Origin: an uncultured Atribacterota bacterium
GTDB lineage: Bacteria > Atribacterota > Phoenicimicrobiia > Phoenicimicrobiales > Stramentimicrobiaceae
Direction of reading: 5' to 3'
Assembly (NCBI GenBank): GCA_964433635.1
Contig: CAYSSG010000001.1
Coordinates: forward strand, 30,845-94,844
DNA: 64,000 bases
Below the pieces are notes generated by a model that was not told the DNA's origin, ran no database searches, and was given only the letters and a program-made list of their open reading frames with translations. The translations under genes and the position numbers were made by a program. Below are positions 18,317-28,025 of this stretch, piece after piece. Numbering within the stretch: the stretch's first letter is position 1; each line of letters opens with the position of its first letter.

Positions 18317-19264
18317 ATGCATTACCGAGGTACACTTGAAGAGATTACATATTCTGAAAAAGAAAACATCAGAATTGATACCTTTCTTGCCAGACATCAA
18401 ATGACTGATCTATCAAGAAACAGAATCAAGGAATTGATAACCCAGGGTAATATTCTTGTCAATGGTAAACAGGTAAAACCCAGCCATCTTCTGAAGAAAG
18501 GTGAAAGAATTTCCGTCAAACTTCCTGATCAAAAAGAATTATCATTGCTGCATGAAGATATTCCTCTGGATATTTATTATGAAGATGATCATATGATGGT
18601 CATCAATAAGAGTGCAGGCATGATTGTTCATCCTGCCGGAAAGGTAAGAACGGGCACTCTTGTTAATGCAATCCTGTTTCATTGTCAGGGCAAATTACCG
18701 GGTATTAACGGCATAAATCGTCCGGGGATTGTTCATCGACTGGATAAAGATACATCCGGGCTGATGATGGTCGCCAAATCCGAACTGGCTTTTCATGCTC
18801 TAACCAGCCAGATAAAGGAAAGGAAGATTGTAAAAAAATATATTGCCCTGGTTTACGGAGTCGTGAAGGAACAGGCAGGATTTATTGAAGCACCTGTCGG
18901 TCGGGATATCCAGCATCGAAACAGAATGGCTGTTTCGGATATTTACAGCCGGGAAGCAAAGACCTATTTTGAAATTATCAGGCGTTATAACACATTCACC
19001 CTGTTATTGCTGAAACTTTACACTGGCCGTACCCATCAGATCAGGGTACATTTACAGTTTATTGGTCATCCTGTAGTTGGAGATAGAGTATACGGATTGC
19101 GTAAAGATAAAAATGCATTGATATCCATATCCAGGCAGGCTTTACATTCCCATTACCTGCAGTTTATCCATCCAGTCAGCCATCAGTTAATGAGTTTCAC
19201 TTCCCTGCTGCCCGAAGATATATTGAACCAATTGTCAATTCTTTCCTATTCTGCATTCAAGTGA
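18317..19264 (+). CDS. rluD: 23S rRNA pseudouridine synthase, RluA/RluD family
   Basis: N-terminal S4 domain and the catalytic HRLDKDTSG motif. Confidence 0.9.
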   Translation: MHYRGTLEEITYSEKENIRIDTFLARHQMTDLSRNRIKELITQGNILVNGKQVKPSHLLKKGERISVKLPDQKELSLLHEDIPLDIYYEDDHMMVINKSAGMIVHPAGKVRTGTLVNAILFHCQGKLPGINGINRPGIVHRLDKDTSGLMMVAKSELAFHALTSQIKERKIVKKYIALVYGVVKEQAGFIEAPVGRDIQHRNRMAVSDIYSREAKTYFEIIRRYNTFTLLLLKLYTGRTHQIRVHLQFIGHPVVGDRVYGLRKDKNALISISRQALHSHYLQFIHPVSHQLMSFTSLLPEDILNQLSILSYSAFK

Positions 19265-21056
19265 TTAACAGTTTTTGGATATCTTTTTTGATTTCATCGT
19301 GGATGATGACAACAGGTATTATTTTTTCATTCGTATAGATCACTTTCCCCAAACTGGCATTCTTTGCTTTTCTGACGTATTTTCTTCTGGTGAATATAAT
19401 CTGGGCATTCTCACCATCTTTGGCTTTACTGAAATATCCGGCCAGACGAGCGGCAAGGATTAGTGTAGCATAAGGGGGATTGTCTGAATTTTTATGATTT
19501 TTAATAATCACATGGCTTCCCGGCCTGCTCAGATGATGCAGCCAGAAATCATTTCCTGATGAAAGATTCCTTAAGAGATAATCATTCTGCTTATCATTCT
19601 TGCCAACCAGTATATTCCATCCTTCTGGTGATAGAAATCTGCTGATGTAAGGAATCTGTACGGTTTTTTTCTTTGAATCTCTTTTTTCTTCTTTTTTAAT
19701 ATATTTGAGTCGCACCAATTGATTATACAGGGTAGATAATTCTTCCAGTGAATTTTTGCTTGTGGACAGTGCTGATTGAAATTCTTTTAATTGCTGCCAT
19801 AATCTATTCGTTTCCTGGAGCTGTTTTTCAATGATACCCTGATTCTGTTGCAGTTTCTTATATCTCTTAAAATAGATATTTGCATTCTCAATAGGGCTTA
19901 TATCAGGTTTTAACTGGACACTGATCTTTGGATGATTTATATCGGAGTAATCAATGAGATCTACTTCCCTTGTGCCGGTTCGGATTTCCCACAGGTGTGC
20001 CTTAATTAATTCACCCTTTTTTTTGTATATTTCACTATCAATCATTTCTCTTTTTCTGTTCTGCAAAAAACGGTTTTTTTCTTCCAATTTTTCCCCATTC
20101 TTTTTCAAAATACTGTTGATACTGCGATATAACTGTTGTCTTTTGTCACCTTCTCTTAATTGATTAAACACAAATTCAAGACAGGATGAAGCCTGTTGAA
20201 AAGGGAGTTGCTTCGTATTCTGTTGACTGACCGCGCATAACAGATAATAATCAATCACCATATCGGTTTTTTTATCGATCAAAACCACAGGGGAAATGCG
20301 ATTTTCAAGGATTCGATGCATGAGTTCGGAAAATTGATGCCACAAATGAGTCCAGGAATTTTCCGGGATCTGGTTCAATCTCTGAGAGACAGGATAATTC
20401 AGGCAGGTAACAATTTCCTGGGAACTTTTTATGCCATATCCGATGAAATGACGATGAAAGAATTGCCATAAATATTCTACACCTTCGTCAGCCCTGCTTT
20501 GATTTAATAGATTCTGAAATTCCTGGCGGTTGACTTTTAAAGGATTCAGCTTATCCTGGTGGGGTGGATAAATATAGGGTATGCCGGCTTTAATCTCCCG
20601 ATATCTGTTTACGTCCGAACTGACCTGTTTCATCATTCCCCTGATGCAGTCCTGTTCATCTACCAGGATAGCATTACTGTATTTGCCCATCAGCTCAATA
20701 ATCAGATGGTATTTTTTGGGCAGTCCGAATTTATGATAGGGTTCAATAATAAGCTTGATGATGCGGTCGAATTGAAGATGTTCAATCTGAAGCAATATTC
20801 CTCCCCGAATCCAGTTTTTCAGCTGATGAAAAAAGAGTGAAGAAAAATTTTCTGAAGGGAGGGGGGAGCGGCTCAAGAAGAAGGCAGTTCTCTCCGGTTG
20901 AATTGAAAAAAATAAATTTCCATTTACACCATTATTTTTCAAAACCAGCAGCATTTCATATCTGCTGAGCTGGTAAATATCAACTATTTTTGCCGGAATC
21001 AATTGTTTCTTAATTTCTTGAGTGACTGCAAACAGGGCAATGCTGTCAAGCTTCAT
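19257..21056 (-). CDS. rqcH: NFACT-family ribosome quality control protein (RqcH / FbpA-like, DUF814)
   Basis: 599 aa with an NFACT-N-like N-terminus, a central coiled coil and a C-terminal DUF814-like region (...FWLHHLSRPGSHVII...). Same neighbourhood as yloA in Bacillus. Confidence 0.8.
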   Translation of the reverse strand: MKLDSIALFAVTQEIKKQLIPAKIVDIYQLSRYEMLLVLKNNGVNGNLFFSIQPERTAFFLSRSPLPSENFSSLFFHQLKNWIRGGILLQIEHLQFDRIIKLIIEPYHKFGLPKKYHLIIELMGKYSNAILVDEQDCIRGMMKQVSSDVNRYREIKAGIPYIYPPHQDKLNPLKVNRQEFQNLLNQSRADEGVEYLWQFFHRHFIGYGIKSSQEIVTCLNYPVSQRLNQIPENSWTHLWHQFSELMHRILENRISPVVLIDKKTDMVIDYYLLCAVSQQNTKQLPFQQASSCLEFVFNQLREGDKRQQLYRSINSILKKNGEKLEEKNRFLQNRKREMIDSEIYKKKGELIKAHLWEIRTGTREVDLIDYSDINHPKISVQLKPDISPIENANIYFKRYKKLQQNQGIIEKQLQETNRLWQQLKEFQSALSTSKNSLEELSTLYNQLVRLKYIKKEEKRDSKKKTVQIPYISRFLSPEGWNILVGKNDKQNDYLLRNLSSGNDFWLHHLSRPGSHVIIKNHKNSDNPPYATLILAARLAGYFSKAKDGENAQIIFTRRKYVRKAKNASLGKVIYTNEKIIPVVIIHDEIKKDIQKLLIT

Positions 21057-21212
21057 TTTGAGACTCCCTTTTCAGAGCTATACTTTTCTACACTCTGTTA
21101 CAGGACATTTATAATATATTTAAATGTTATGGTCAAGTTGTTTTTAGAATCCATTAAGTTATGGGACGTACATATTGCGTATTAAGATTAAAACAGGCAA
21201 TTTTATACAAAG

Positions 21213-21241
21213 TTGACACAAGCTGGTGAATTACCTAAAAT
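21213..21241 (+). promoter_or_regulatory. Sigma-70-type promoter candidate: TTGACA - 17 nt - TAAAAT (yicC operon)
   Basis: Consensus -35 at 21213-21218 and -10 at 21236-21241. 35 nt upstream of the yicC start. Confidence 0.6.
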
Positions 21242-21276
21242 GATTGTAAAATGCGGAAAACGGAAAGGAGCAATCT

Positions 21277-22152
21277 TTGACCAAAAGTATGACCGGTTTC
21301 GGAATGGGTGAATCTGCGGAAGACGGCATCTCATCCAGAGTAGAAATGAAGACAGTGAACAATCGATATCTGGATATCAAGGTTAAGATGCCGCTTCAGT
21401 CCCTTGATATTTTACAGAGAATCGAGAACATGGTTCAGCGAAGAATAAACAGAGGTACCGTTCAGATCCTGATAAAAGTGGATGGTGGTAATGAGGATCA
21501 TAGCAGAATCAGGCTTAATGAGGAACTCCTGTCCTCTTACCTGCAATCTCTAAATAGACTGAAAGAAATCACCGGTCTCTCAGAGGATATCAACCTTGAT
21601 GCATTACTTCGATATAAGGAGATATTTGAATTCATCAGAAATGATGAGGATGAACACTATTGGAAATCAATTCAGGTATCCCTGGAGAATGCCCTGGATT
21701 CTCTGACCAGGAGCAGGGAAACAGAAGGCAACAAGCTGATGGAGGATATTCTGAAAAGAGTGGATCGGATGAAAGTCACAGTTAACGAAATTGAGCAGCA
21801 AAAGAACGATTGTCTGAAAGAATTTAAAGAAAAATTAGAGCAGAAAATCCATCAGATCGGGCAGGATATTTCTTTGAATGAGGGCAGGATAGAAATGGAA
21901 GTATCAATTTTAGCCCAAAAAAGTGATATTTCCGAGGAGATAAAAAGATTAAAATGCCATCTGAATCAACTCAAAAAGATAGCTAAAAATAGTTCACCTA
22001 TCGGACGTAAGATTGAATTCTACACTCAGGAGGTTGGTAGAGAAATTAATACACTTGGTGCAAAATTAAATCACAGTAAAATTTCTTCGAAAGTCATCAG
22101 ATTAAAATCAGAAATAGAAAAGATAAAAGAACAGTCAAGGAATATTGAATAA
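21277..22152 (+). CDS. yicC: YicC/YloC family stress-induced protein (endoribonuclease family)
   Basis: TTG start giving M-TKSMTGFG, the canonical YicC N-terminus. C-terminal DUF1732-like ...EEIKRLKCH...REINT... Confidence 0.85.
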   Translation: MTKSMTGFGMGESAEDGISSRVEMKTVNNRYLDIKVKMPLQSLDILQRIENMVQRRINRGTVQILIKVDGGNEDHSRIRLNEELLSSYLQSLNRLKEITGLSEDINLDALLRYKEIFEFIRNDEDEHYWKSIQVSLENALDSLTRSRETEGNKLMEDILKRVDRMKVTVNEIEQQKNDCLKEFKEKLEQKIHQIGQDISLNEGRIEMEVSILAQKSDISEEIKRLKCHLNQLKKIAKNSSPIGRKIEFYTQEVGREINTLGAKLNHSKISSKVIRLKSEIEKIKEQSRNIE

Positions 22153-22167
22153 TCCCGGAGAAGGTGT

Positions 22168-22431
22168 ATGAATCAATTAATGATGAATATTGGTTTTGGA
22201 AATTTTGTTAACTCAGAAAGGGTAATATCAATACTGGATCCTGATTCTGCTCCGATGAAAAGACTGAGAGAGGAAGCAAAGCAATCCAAGAAATTACTGA
22301 ATGCTACCTATGGGAGAAGAACAAGGTCAATCATTATAACAGATAGCAATCATGTTATCTTATCGGCTTTACAGCCTGAAACGATTATTAACAGATTAAC
22401 AAGTCATCAGAAGAAAGAGATGAGCGAATAA
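22168..22431 (+). CDS. remA: RemA/YlzA (DUF370) regulatory protein
   Basis: 87 aa. [27 protein letters not shown]...[20 protein letters not shown] is highly typical of RemA. Confidence 0.9.
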   Translation: MNQLMMNIGFGNFVNSERVISILDPDSAPMKRLREEAKQSKKLLNATYGRRTRSIIITDSNHVILSALQPETIINRLTSHQKKEMSE

Positions 22432-22440
22432 ACAAGTAAG

Positions 22441-23046
22441 ATGGGAAAGATAAAAAAAAATTCCGGGAACCTTTTTGTAATATCCGGACCTTCCGGCGTA
22501 GGCAAAGGAACGCTCCGGGAAAATCTGTTTCGGCAGATTCCGGATTTGTGTTATTCTGTTTCTGTAACAACCAGAAGACCCAGAAAAGAAGAGCGGGAAG
22601 GTGTCGATTATTTTTTTGTAAATGTAGATACATTTAAGAAATATATTGAGGAAGATCAATTCGCTGAATGGGCTCTGGTACATGGTGACTATAAGGGGAC
22701 GCTGTTAAGGACGATCAGTGAAACACTGTGCAGGGGTGATGACCTGGTACTTGAAATTGATGTGCAGGGAGCCATGCAGATTAAAGAAAGATTTCCCGGA
22801 GGAATTTTTATCTTTATTGCTCCCCCATCCTGGGAGAAGCTGGAACATAGATTAAGAGGTCGAAAGACCGAAGACGAGGATAACCTGAAACAGAGGCTTA
22901 ATGATGCTCATCAAGAACTAAAGTATATCAGGTATTACGATTACCTGATTGTGAATAACCGTCTGCAAAAAGCACTGGATGAATTAAAGGCTGTTATTAT
23001 CAGTGAAAGGTGCAAAATCAGGAAAAAACATCCGGGCTTTGCTTAG
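22441..23046 (+). CDS. gmk: Guanylate kinase
   Basis: P-loop GPSGVGKGT, TTRxPRxxE motif and 201 aa. Confidence 0.95.
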   Translation: MGKIKKNSGNLFVISGPSGVGKGTLRENLFRQIPDLCYSVSVTTRRPRKEEREGVDYFFVNVDTFKKYIEEDQFAEWALVHGDYKGTLLRTISETLCRGDDLVLEIDVQGAMQIKERFPGGIFIFIAPPSWEKLEHRLRGRKTEDEDNLKQRLNDAHQELKYIRYYDYLIVNNRLQKALDELKAVIISERCKIRKKHPGFA

Positions 23047-23146
23047 TAACCGTATATTAAAACAATCATCTCAATGACATATCTGCTATAATAATACGAT
23101 CTGATCATAATCTTGATCGCTCGTAAAAGGGAGTAACCTGAAGCAT

Positions 23147-24385
23147 ATGGAAAAGAAAAAAAACAGGAAGAAGAATGTTGTTCTGGGTGTAACCGGTGGA
23201 ATAGCTGCTTATAAAAGTGCCGAACTAGTGCGATTATTGAAGAAATGCGGATATGATATTAAGGTCATTATGACCCGGAATGCAACACGGTTTATCTCTC
23301 CGCTCACTCTGGCTATTCTATCTGAGAATAAAGTATACACCAGCCTCTTCTCTCAGAACGAGGAAGATGACGAAATAAGACATATATCTCTGGCTCATTG
23401 GGCTGATTTGATCCTGATTGCCCCTGCTACTGCCAATGTGATTGCCAGAATTGCTCACGGCATGGCTGATGATTTATTGACATCCACCATTTTAGCTTTC
23501 CCGGGAGATATCATCCTGGCACCTTCCATGAACAGTACAATGCTGCAAAATATACGCTATCAGGAAAACAGGAAGATTCTGTTACAAATGGGCTTTCATT
23601 TTATTTCCACTGAAAAAGGGATGATGGCCTGTGGTGATTATGGTGATGGACGCATGGCAGGTCCTGAAGAGATTGTCAAAATGGTAAACCGAATGACAAA
23701 TCCCACCTATCTGCTGGAAGGAAAAAGATTACTCATTACCGCTTCGGCCACACGAGAACCAATTGATATGGTGAGATTCATATCGAATTATTCCACGGGT
23801 AAAATGGGGTTTGCATTGGCCGAGGTAGCTAGAAACCGTGGTGGAGAGGTCATTCTGATTACCGGTCCCACTCATTTGGAAGATATAGGAGGGGTTAAGA
23901 CAATTCATGTGAATACTGCTCGAGAGATGCGGGACCAGGTATTGAATTATCTCAATGATTCGGATATATTTATATCTGCTGCTGCAGTTTCAGATTTCTG
24001 TCCTGTCAACTATTTTTCCGGAAAGATAAAAAAAGACACCCGAAAAAAGTTCAATATAACGCTAGAAAAGAATGTAGATATTTTAAAGGAAGCCGGAGAA
24101 AAGAAGACCAGCCAGATACTCGTCGGTTTTGCTGCTGAAGTAGATCACTTAGAAGAATATGCAACTTCCAAATTAAAATCAAAGAATTTAGATTACATTA
24201 TTGTAAATGACATCAGCAGGGAAGATAGTGGTTTCGGAACCGACTCCAATAAAGTTTTTATTATTGACCGTAAAGGTAGAAAAACGGATTTACCCCTCAT
24301 GTCTAAATTTGAAGTAGCCGAGCACATTTTTGATATGATTCACAAAGATTTAGCGCATCAGGATAAGGGCATATCCATAGAATGA
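23147..24385 (+). CDS. coaBC: Bifunctional phosphopantothenoylcysteine decarboxylase / phosphopantothenate--cysteine ligase
   Basis: N-terminal flavoprotein domain (GVTGGIAAYKS) plus a C-terminal CoaB domain. 412 aa. Confidence 0.93.
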   Translation: MEKKKNRKKNVVLGVTGGIAAYKSAELVRLLKKCGYDIKVIMTRNATRFISPLTLAILSENKVYTSLFSQNEEDDEIRHISLAHWADLILIAPATANVIARIAHGMADDLLTSTILAFPGDIILAPSMNSTMLQNIRYQENRKILLQMGFHFISTEKGMMACGDYGDGRMAGPEEIVKMVNRMTNPTYLLEGKRLLITASATREPIDMVRFISNYSTGKMGFALAEVARNRGGEVILITGPTHLEDIGGVKTIHVNTAREMRDQVLNYLNDSDIFISAAAVSDFCPVNYFSGKIKKDTRKKFNITLEKNVDILKEAGEKKTSQILVGFAAEVDHLEEYATSKLKSKNLDYIIVNDISREDSGFGTDSNKVFIIDRKGRKTDLPLMSKFEVAEHIFDMIHKDLAHQDKGISIE

Positions 24386-26430
24386 ATAAGAGGAACATAG
24401 CAGAAGTCATCCCTTTCAATATGCACCTGAATAGAGGCTTTCATTATCTGATACCTCCTGATCTGGAAAAAGCAGCTGCCGTTGGCAAGAGAGTCAAGAT
24501 TCATTTCAGGAACAAAAACAGGACAGGAGTCATTGTCAATATTACCGGGAAAACTGATATTGCTGTGCAAAACCTGAAGGAGATTGAAGAAATCATTGAT
24601 CCCTATCCTGTCTTAACCCCGGAAATGATGATTTTGATTGATTGGATTTCCAGGTATTACATTTGCCCGAAGGGAACGATTATTACCCATGTCATGCCTT
24701 CCAGGATTTCCAGGAAAAAGATAGCCTCCCTGTTGGAACATGATTCCGGACAGAGAGATGTCCCAGATGATATCCCCGGTAATATAGAAATTCCCGATAA
24801 GATCATCAGAGTTCACCCTCAGCAATCTTCACTTTTTAATGATGTGATGCTGGGAAAAAAAAGTTTTTCTGTAAAACCAATTCTTTTCCACTATCATCAC
24901 TGGCAATATAGAGATCGTTTTTATATGAGATGGACTAAAAAGTTTGTCCGTCTGGGGAAGCAGGTGTTAATTCTGATTCCGGACCAGTGGAGCTGTAATG
25001 AATTAAAGAAAAAGATGGCTCAAAATTTTGGTAATACACTAGGTGTCTTTGACAAAAAGGCAGACCAGTGGCAAAAATATCTTCGCTTTCTTCGCGTCCA
25101 GGGAGGGAGCATTAAGGTAGTGATCGGTACCAGGTCAAGTATTTTTCTCCCCTTTACGAATCTGGGTTTAATCATTCTGGAGCAGGAAAATTCCCAGTTA
25201 TATAAAGAGGAAAGAACTCCCAGATATCATGCCCGGGAGATTGCTTTAGCCAGAGGAGGCCTTGGTTCCGGTCAGGTTATTTTAGGAAGCTTTGCACCAT
25301 CTGTGGAGAGCTATTGGCATTCCATGAAACAGGAATATCAGTTAAAAACTGAAAATCAGGAAAAGAATAGGCTGATTTACTATCCCCGGATTGAAGTCAT
25401 TAATATGCAGGAGGAGAAATCATTCCAGCGTATCATCAGTTTCCGGCTTCAGCAGCAGATTATACAGTGTCTCAGGGAAAAGAATAAAGTCGTTCTTTTT
25501 CTGAACAGGCGTGGTATTGCCAGCTACATGGCTTGTTTACAATGCGGGTATGTGATGAGGTGTCCTGACTGTAATCATCTGCTGTCATTTCATCAGCAGG
25601 ACAATGCAAAATGGATTATATGCCATGTCTGTGGAAAAAGGGTAAAAATGGATAAATGCTGTCCAAATTGCGGGGAAGATACTGTAAAACCAATGGGATT
25701 TGGTACTCAACTCGTAGAACTGATGGTCAAAAGAATGTTTCCCAAGACGGTGGTACAGCGTTTTGATATTGACATTGCTCCCGGGAAAAATCTGCAAAAA
25801 AAGATAACAAATGCATTTAATCAGGGAAAAATTGATATTCTGGTGGGTACTCAATTGATGTTCAGAGAGATTCATTATCAGCATATTGGGGTGTTAGGTA
25901 TGATTTTTGCTGATCATTTATTAAATATTCCTGAATATCAATCAGCAGAATTGACTTTCCAATTTATTTATCAATTAGCCCTTAATTTAGCGCTCCGCAA
26001 CAAATCAAAGACCTTGTTAATACAGACCAGTCAACCTGAACATCACGTTTTGCAGGCCATCAAATGTTTGGATGATTCTCTATTTTATCGTGAGGAATTA
26101 ATGCTTAGAAAGGAACTCGAGTATCCTCCCTTTACTCAAATGATAAGGATAGATTTTCTGGGAAAACAAAAGGAGAGAGTTAGAAAAAGTGCGCTGGATT
26201 TTATTCACTATGCTCGTCAGGCTGAACTGAGTTCCGGGGCGGAGATGGATTTTCAGTTGAACAGTGAAAATCTGATCATTGTAAAAGAAAACGACAAAAA
26301 CAGGGCAAGTTGCGTGCTAAAGATCAATCCTGGTAAACAGAATATTGAACATTTTAAGGAAAAACTGTTTCCCTATATTTTGAAATACAAATCAAATGAT
26401 GTAAAATTAATGATTGATGTTCAACAATAA
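24382..26430 (+). CDS. priA: Primosomal protein N' (PriA) homolog with degenerate ATPase/helicase motifs
   Basis: PriA-like over its full length and in the conserved position before def-fmt. Four CxxC pairs of the Cys-rich region are intact (aa 385-430). The Walker A, DEEH and motif VI positions read YHHWQYRD, EQEN and QLALNLAL. Confidence 0.8.
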   Translation: MNKRNIAEVIPFNMHLNRGFHYLIPPDLEKAAAVGKRVKIHFRNKNRTGVIVNITGKTDIAVQNLKEIEEIIDPYPVLTPEMMILIDWISRYYICPKGTIITHVMPSRISRKKIASLLEHDSGQRDVPDDIPGNIEIPDKIIRVHPQQSSLFNDVMLGKKSFSVKPILFHYHHWQYRDRFYMRWTKKFVRLGKQVLILIPDQWSCNELKKKMAQNFGNTLGVFDKKADQWQKYLRFLRVQGGSIKVVIGTRSSIFLPFTNLGLIILEQENSQLYKEERTPRYHAREIALARGGLGSGQVILGSFAPSVESYWHSMKQEYQLKTENQEKNRLIYYPRIEVINMQEEKSFQRIISFRLQQQIIQCLREKNKVVLFLNRRGIASYMACLQCGYVMRCPDCNHLLSFHQQDNAKWIICHVCGKRVKMDKCCPNCGEDTVKPMGFGTQLVELMVKRMFPKTVVQRFDIDIAPGKNLQKKITNAFNQGKIDILVGTQLMFREIHYQHIGVLGMIFADHLLNIPEYQSAELTFQFIYQLALNLALRNKSKTLLIQTSQPEHHVLQAIKCLDDSLFYREELMLRKELEYPPFTQMIRIDFLGKQKERVRKSALDFIHYARQAELSSGAEMDFQLNSENLIIVKENDKNRASCVLKINPGKQNIEHFKEKLFPYILKYKSNDVKLMIDVQQ

Positions 26431-26455
26431 AAAATGGTGTAGGAGAGAAAAGAAG

Positions 26456-26941
26456 ATGGCTGTTTTGAAGTTACAAAAATATGGCTCCCCTGTTTTAAGG
26501 GAAAAGGCAATGCTGGTGAACAAGGTTGATGAAGAAATACGGAAACTTGTGGAGAACATGATTGAAACAATGTATGCTGAAGGTGGCGTAGGATTGGCTG
26601 CACCCCAGGTGGGGATTTCTAAAAGGATTGTGGTCATAGATACCGAGGATAAAGGAGTCATCGTTCTCATCAATCCTGCCATTATTAAGCGTGAAGGGGA
26701 AATGAGAGAAGAAGAAGGCTGTTTAAGTGTTCCGGGTGTTTATTCTACTGTTAGAAGATCATCCGTCGTTACGGTGGAAGCCCTTGATTTGAATGAGAAG
26801 AAATTTAGAATTTCACAGGAGGGTTTTCTGGCCATTGTCCTGCAACATGAGATCGATCATTTAGACGGTTATCTGTTTATCGATCGGCTGAATCCTGCAA
26901 AAAGATTAATGATCAAAGATCAACTGAAAAAAATCGAGTAG
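26456..26941 (+). CDS. def: Peptide deformylase
   Basis: GVGLAAPQVG, EGCLS and QHEIDHL motifs. AGGAGAG lies 8 nt upstream of ATG 26456, which I prefer to the ORF-track start 26414. Confidence 0.95.
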   Translation: MAVLKLQKYGSPVLREKAMLVNKVDEEIRKLVENMIETMYAEGGVGLAAPQVGISKRIVVIDTEDKGVIVLINPAIIKREGEMREEEGCLSVPGVYSTVRRSSVVTVEALDLNEKKFRISQEGFLAIVLQHEIDHLDGYLFIDRLNPAKRLMIKDQLKKIE

Positions 26942-26961
26942 ACAACCGGGAGGAAATTCTT

Positions 26962-27912
26962 TTGAAAATCATTTTTATTGGCACATCATCATTTGGTATT
27001 CCGGTTCTGAAAAAATTGATATCCTTAAAAGAAGATATCATTGCCGTGATAACACAGCCGGACAGACGGGGGGGAAGAGGTAAAAGAATTCAGGCTTCTC
27101 CAGTAAAAGAAATAGCGCTAGCCCAGGGGCTGTATCTATTTCAGCCTGAAAATATTAATTCTGAAAATTCAATCCGGGAAATTAAAAGACTCCAGCCGGA
27201 TCTAATCATTTTAATCTCTTATGGACAAATTCTTTCCGGGAAGATATTAGACATTCCTGCTTGTGGATGTTTAAATGTTCATCCCTCTTTATTGCCGGAC
27301 TATAAGGGTCCGGCACCCATTCAATGGACGCTTATTCGAGGCGAGAAGGATACCGGCATTACTTTCCTATTCATGAATGAAAAGATTGATGCCGGCGATA
27401 TGATATTGCAGGAAAAGGTGCATATCATGCCGGAAGAGAATTATCAGGAACTGAGTAGAAGATTAGCAATAAAGGGTTCGGAAATGATAGAAGAAGCGCT
27501 GGATAAGATAAGAAGAAGGGATTATCAGAGAATTTCCCAGCCTGTTAAGAAGACTTTTTATGCCAGAAAATTAACGAAAACGGATTGTCAGATTAAATGG
27601 GATCATTCCGGAGAAGATATCTACAATCTCATCAAAGGCGTTACCTATTTTCCAGGTGCCTTTACCGAATACAAGGGGAAGAGGATAAAAATTACCAGGG
27701 CTTTGTTGCTTGCAGATGCCAGTGCTGATCAAGACCTGTCAGGACGAAAACCCGGAGAAATTGTAGCGGTGAGCAAGAAAGGAATACAGGTGCTGGCAGG
27801 AGACGGTACCAGAGTAAGTATTCAATGCTTAATCCTGCCGGGTTCTAAAGAAATGGAAGTTTCTCAATTTATTAATGGTTATCCTATTGAAATTGGAGAT
27901 ACTTTTGTTTAA
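26962..27912 (+). CDS. fmt: Methionyl-tRNA formyltransferase
   Basis: TTG start. N-terminal formyltransferase fold (...NVHPSLLPDYKGPAPIQW...) and a C-terminal tRNA-binding domain. Confidence 0.93.
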   Translation: MKIIFIGTSSFGIPVLKKLISLKEDIIAVITQPDRRGGRGKRIQASPVKEIALAQGLYLFQPENINSENSIREIKRLQPDLIILISYGQILSGKILDIPACGCLNVHPSLLPDYKGPAPIQWTLIRGEKDTGITFLFMNEKIDAGDMILQEKVHIMPEENYQELSRRLAIKGSEMIEEALDKIRRRDYQRISQPVKKTFYARKLTKTDCQIKWDHSGEDIYNLIKGVTYFPGAFTEYKGKRIKITRALLLADASADQDLSGRKPGEIVAVSKKGIQVLAGDGTRVSIQCLILPGSKEMEVSQFINGYPIEIGDTFV

Positions 27913-28025
27913 TAGATTGAATCAATGAAAGTATGATACCGATATTCCCTTGTTCCTGCGCATACCTGATCCTAAGGATTGCCGGATTGAAAACAGTCAT
28001 TCTGAACGGAAAAGGATAAAATATT

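Noticed and set aside
19257-19264. An 8-nt overlap of the convergent rluD and rqcH 3' ends, with no terminator between them.
   Set aside because: The overlap is real, but overlapping convergent stops are common in compact genomes. There is nothing further to test from the sequence.
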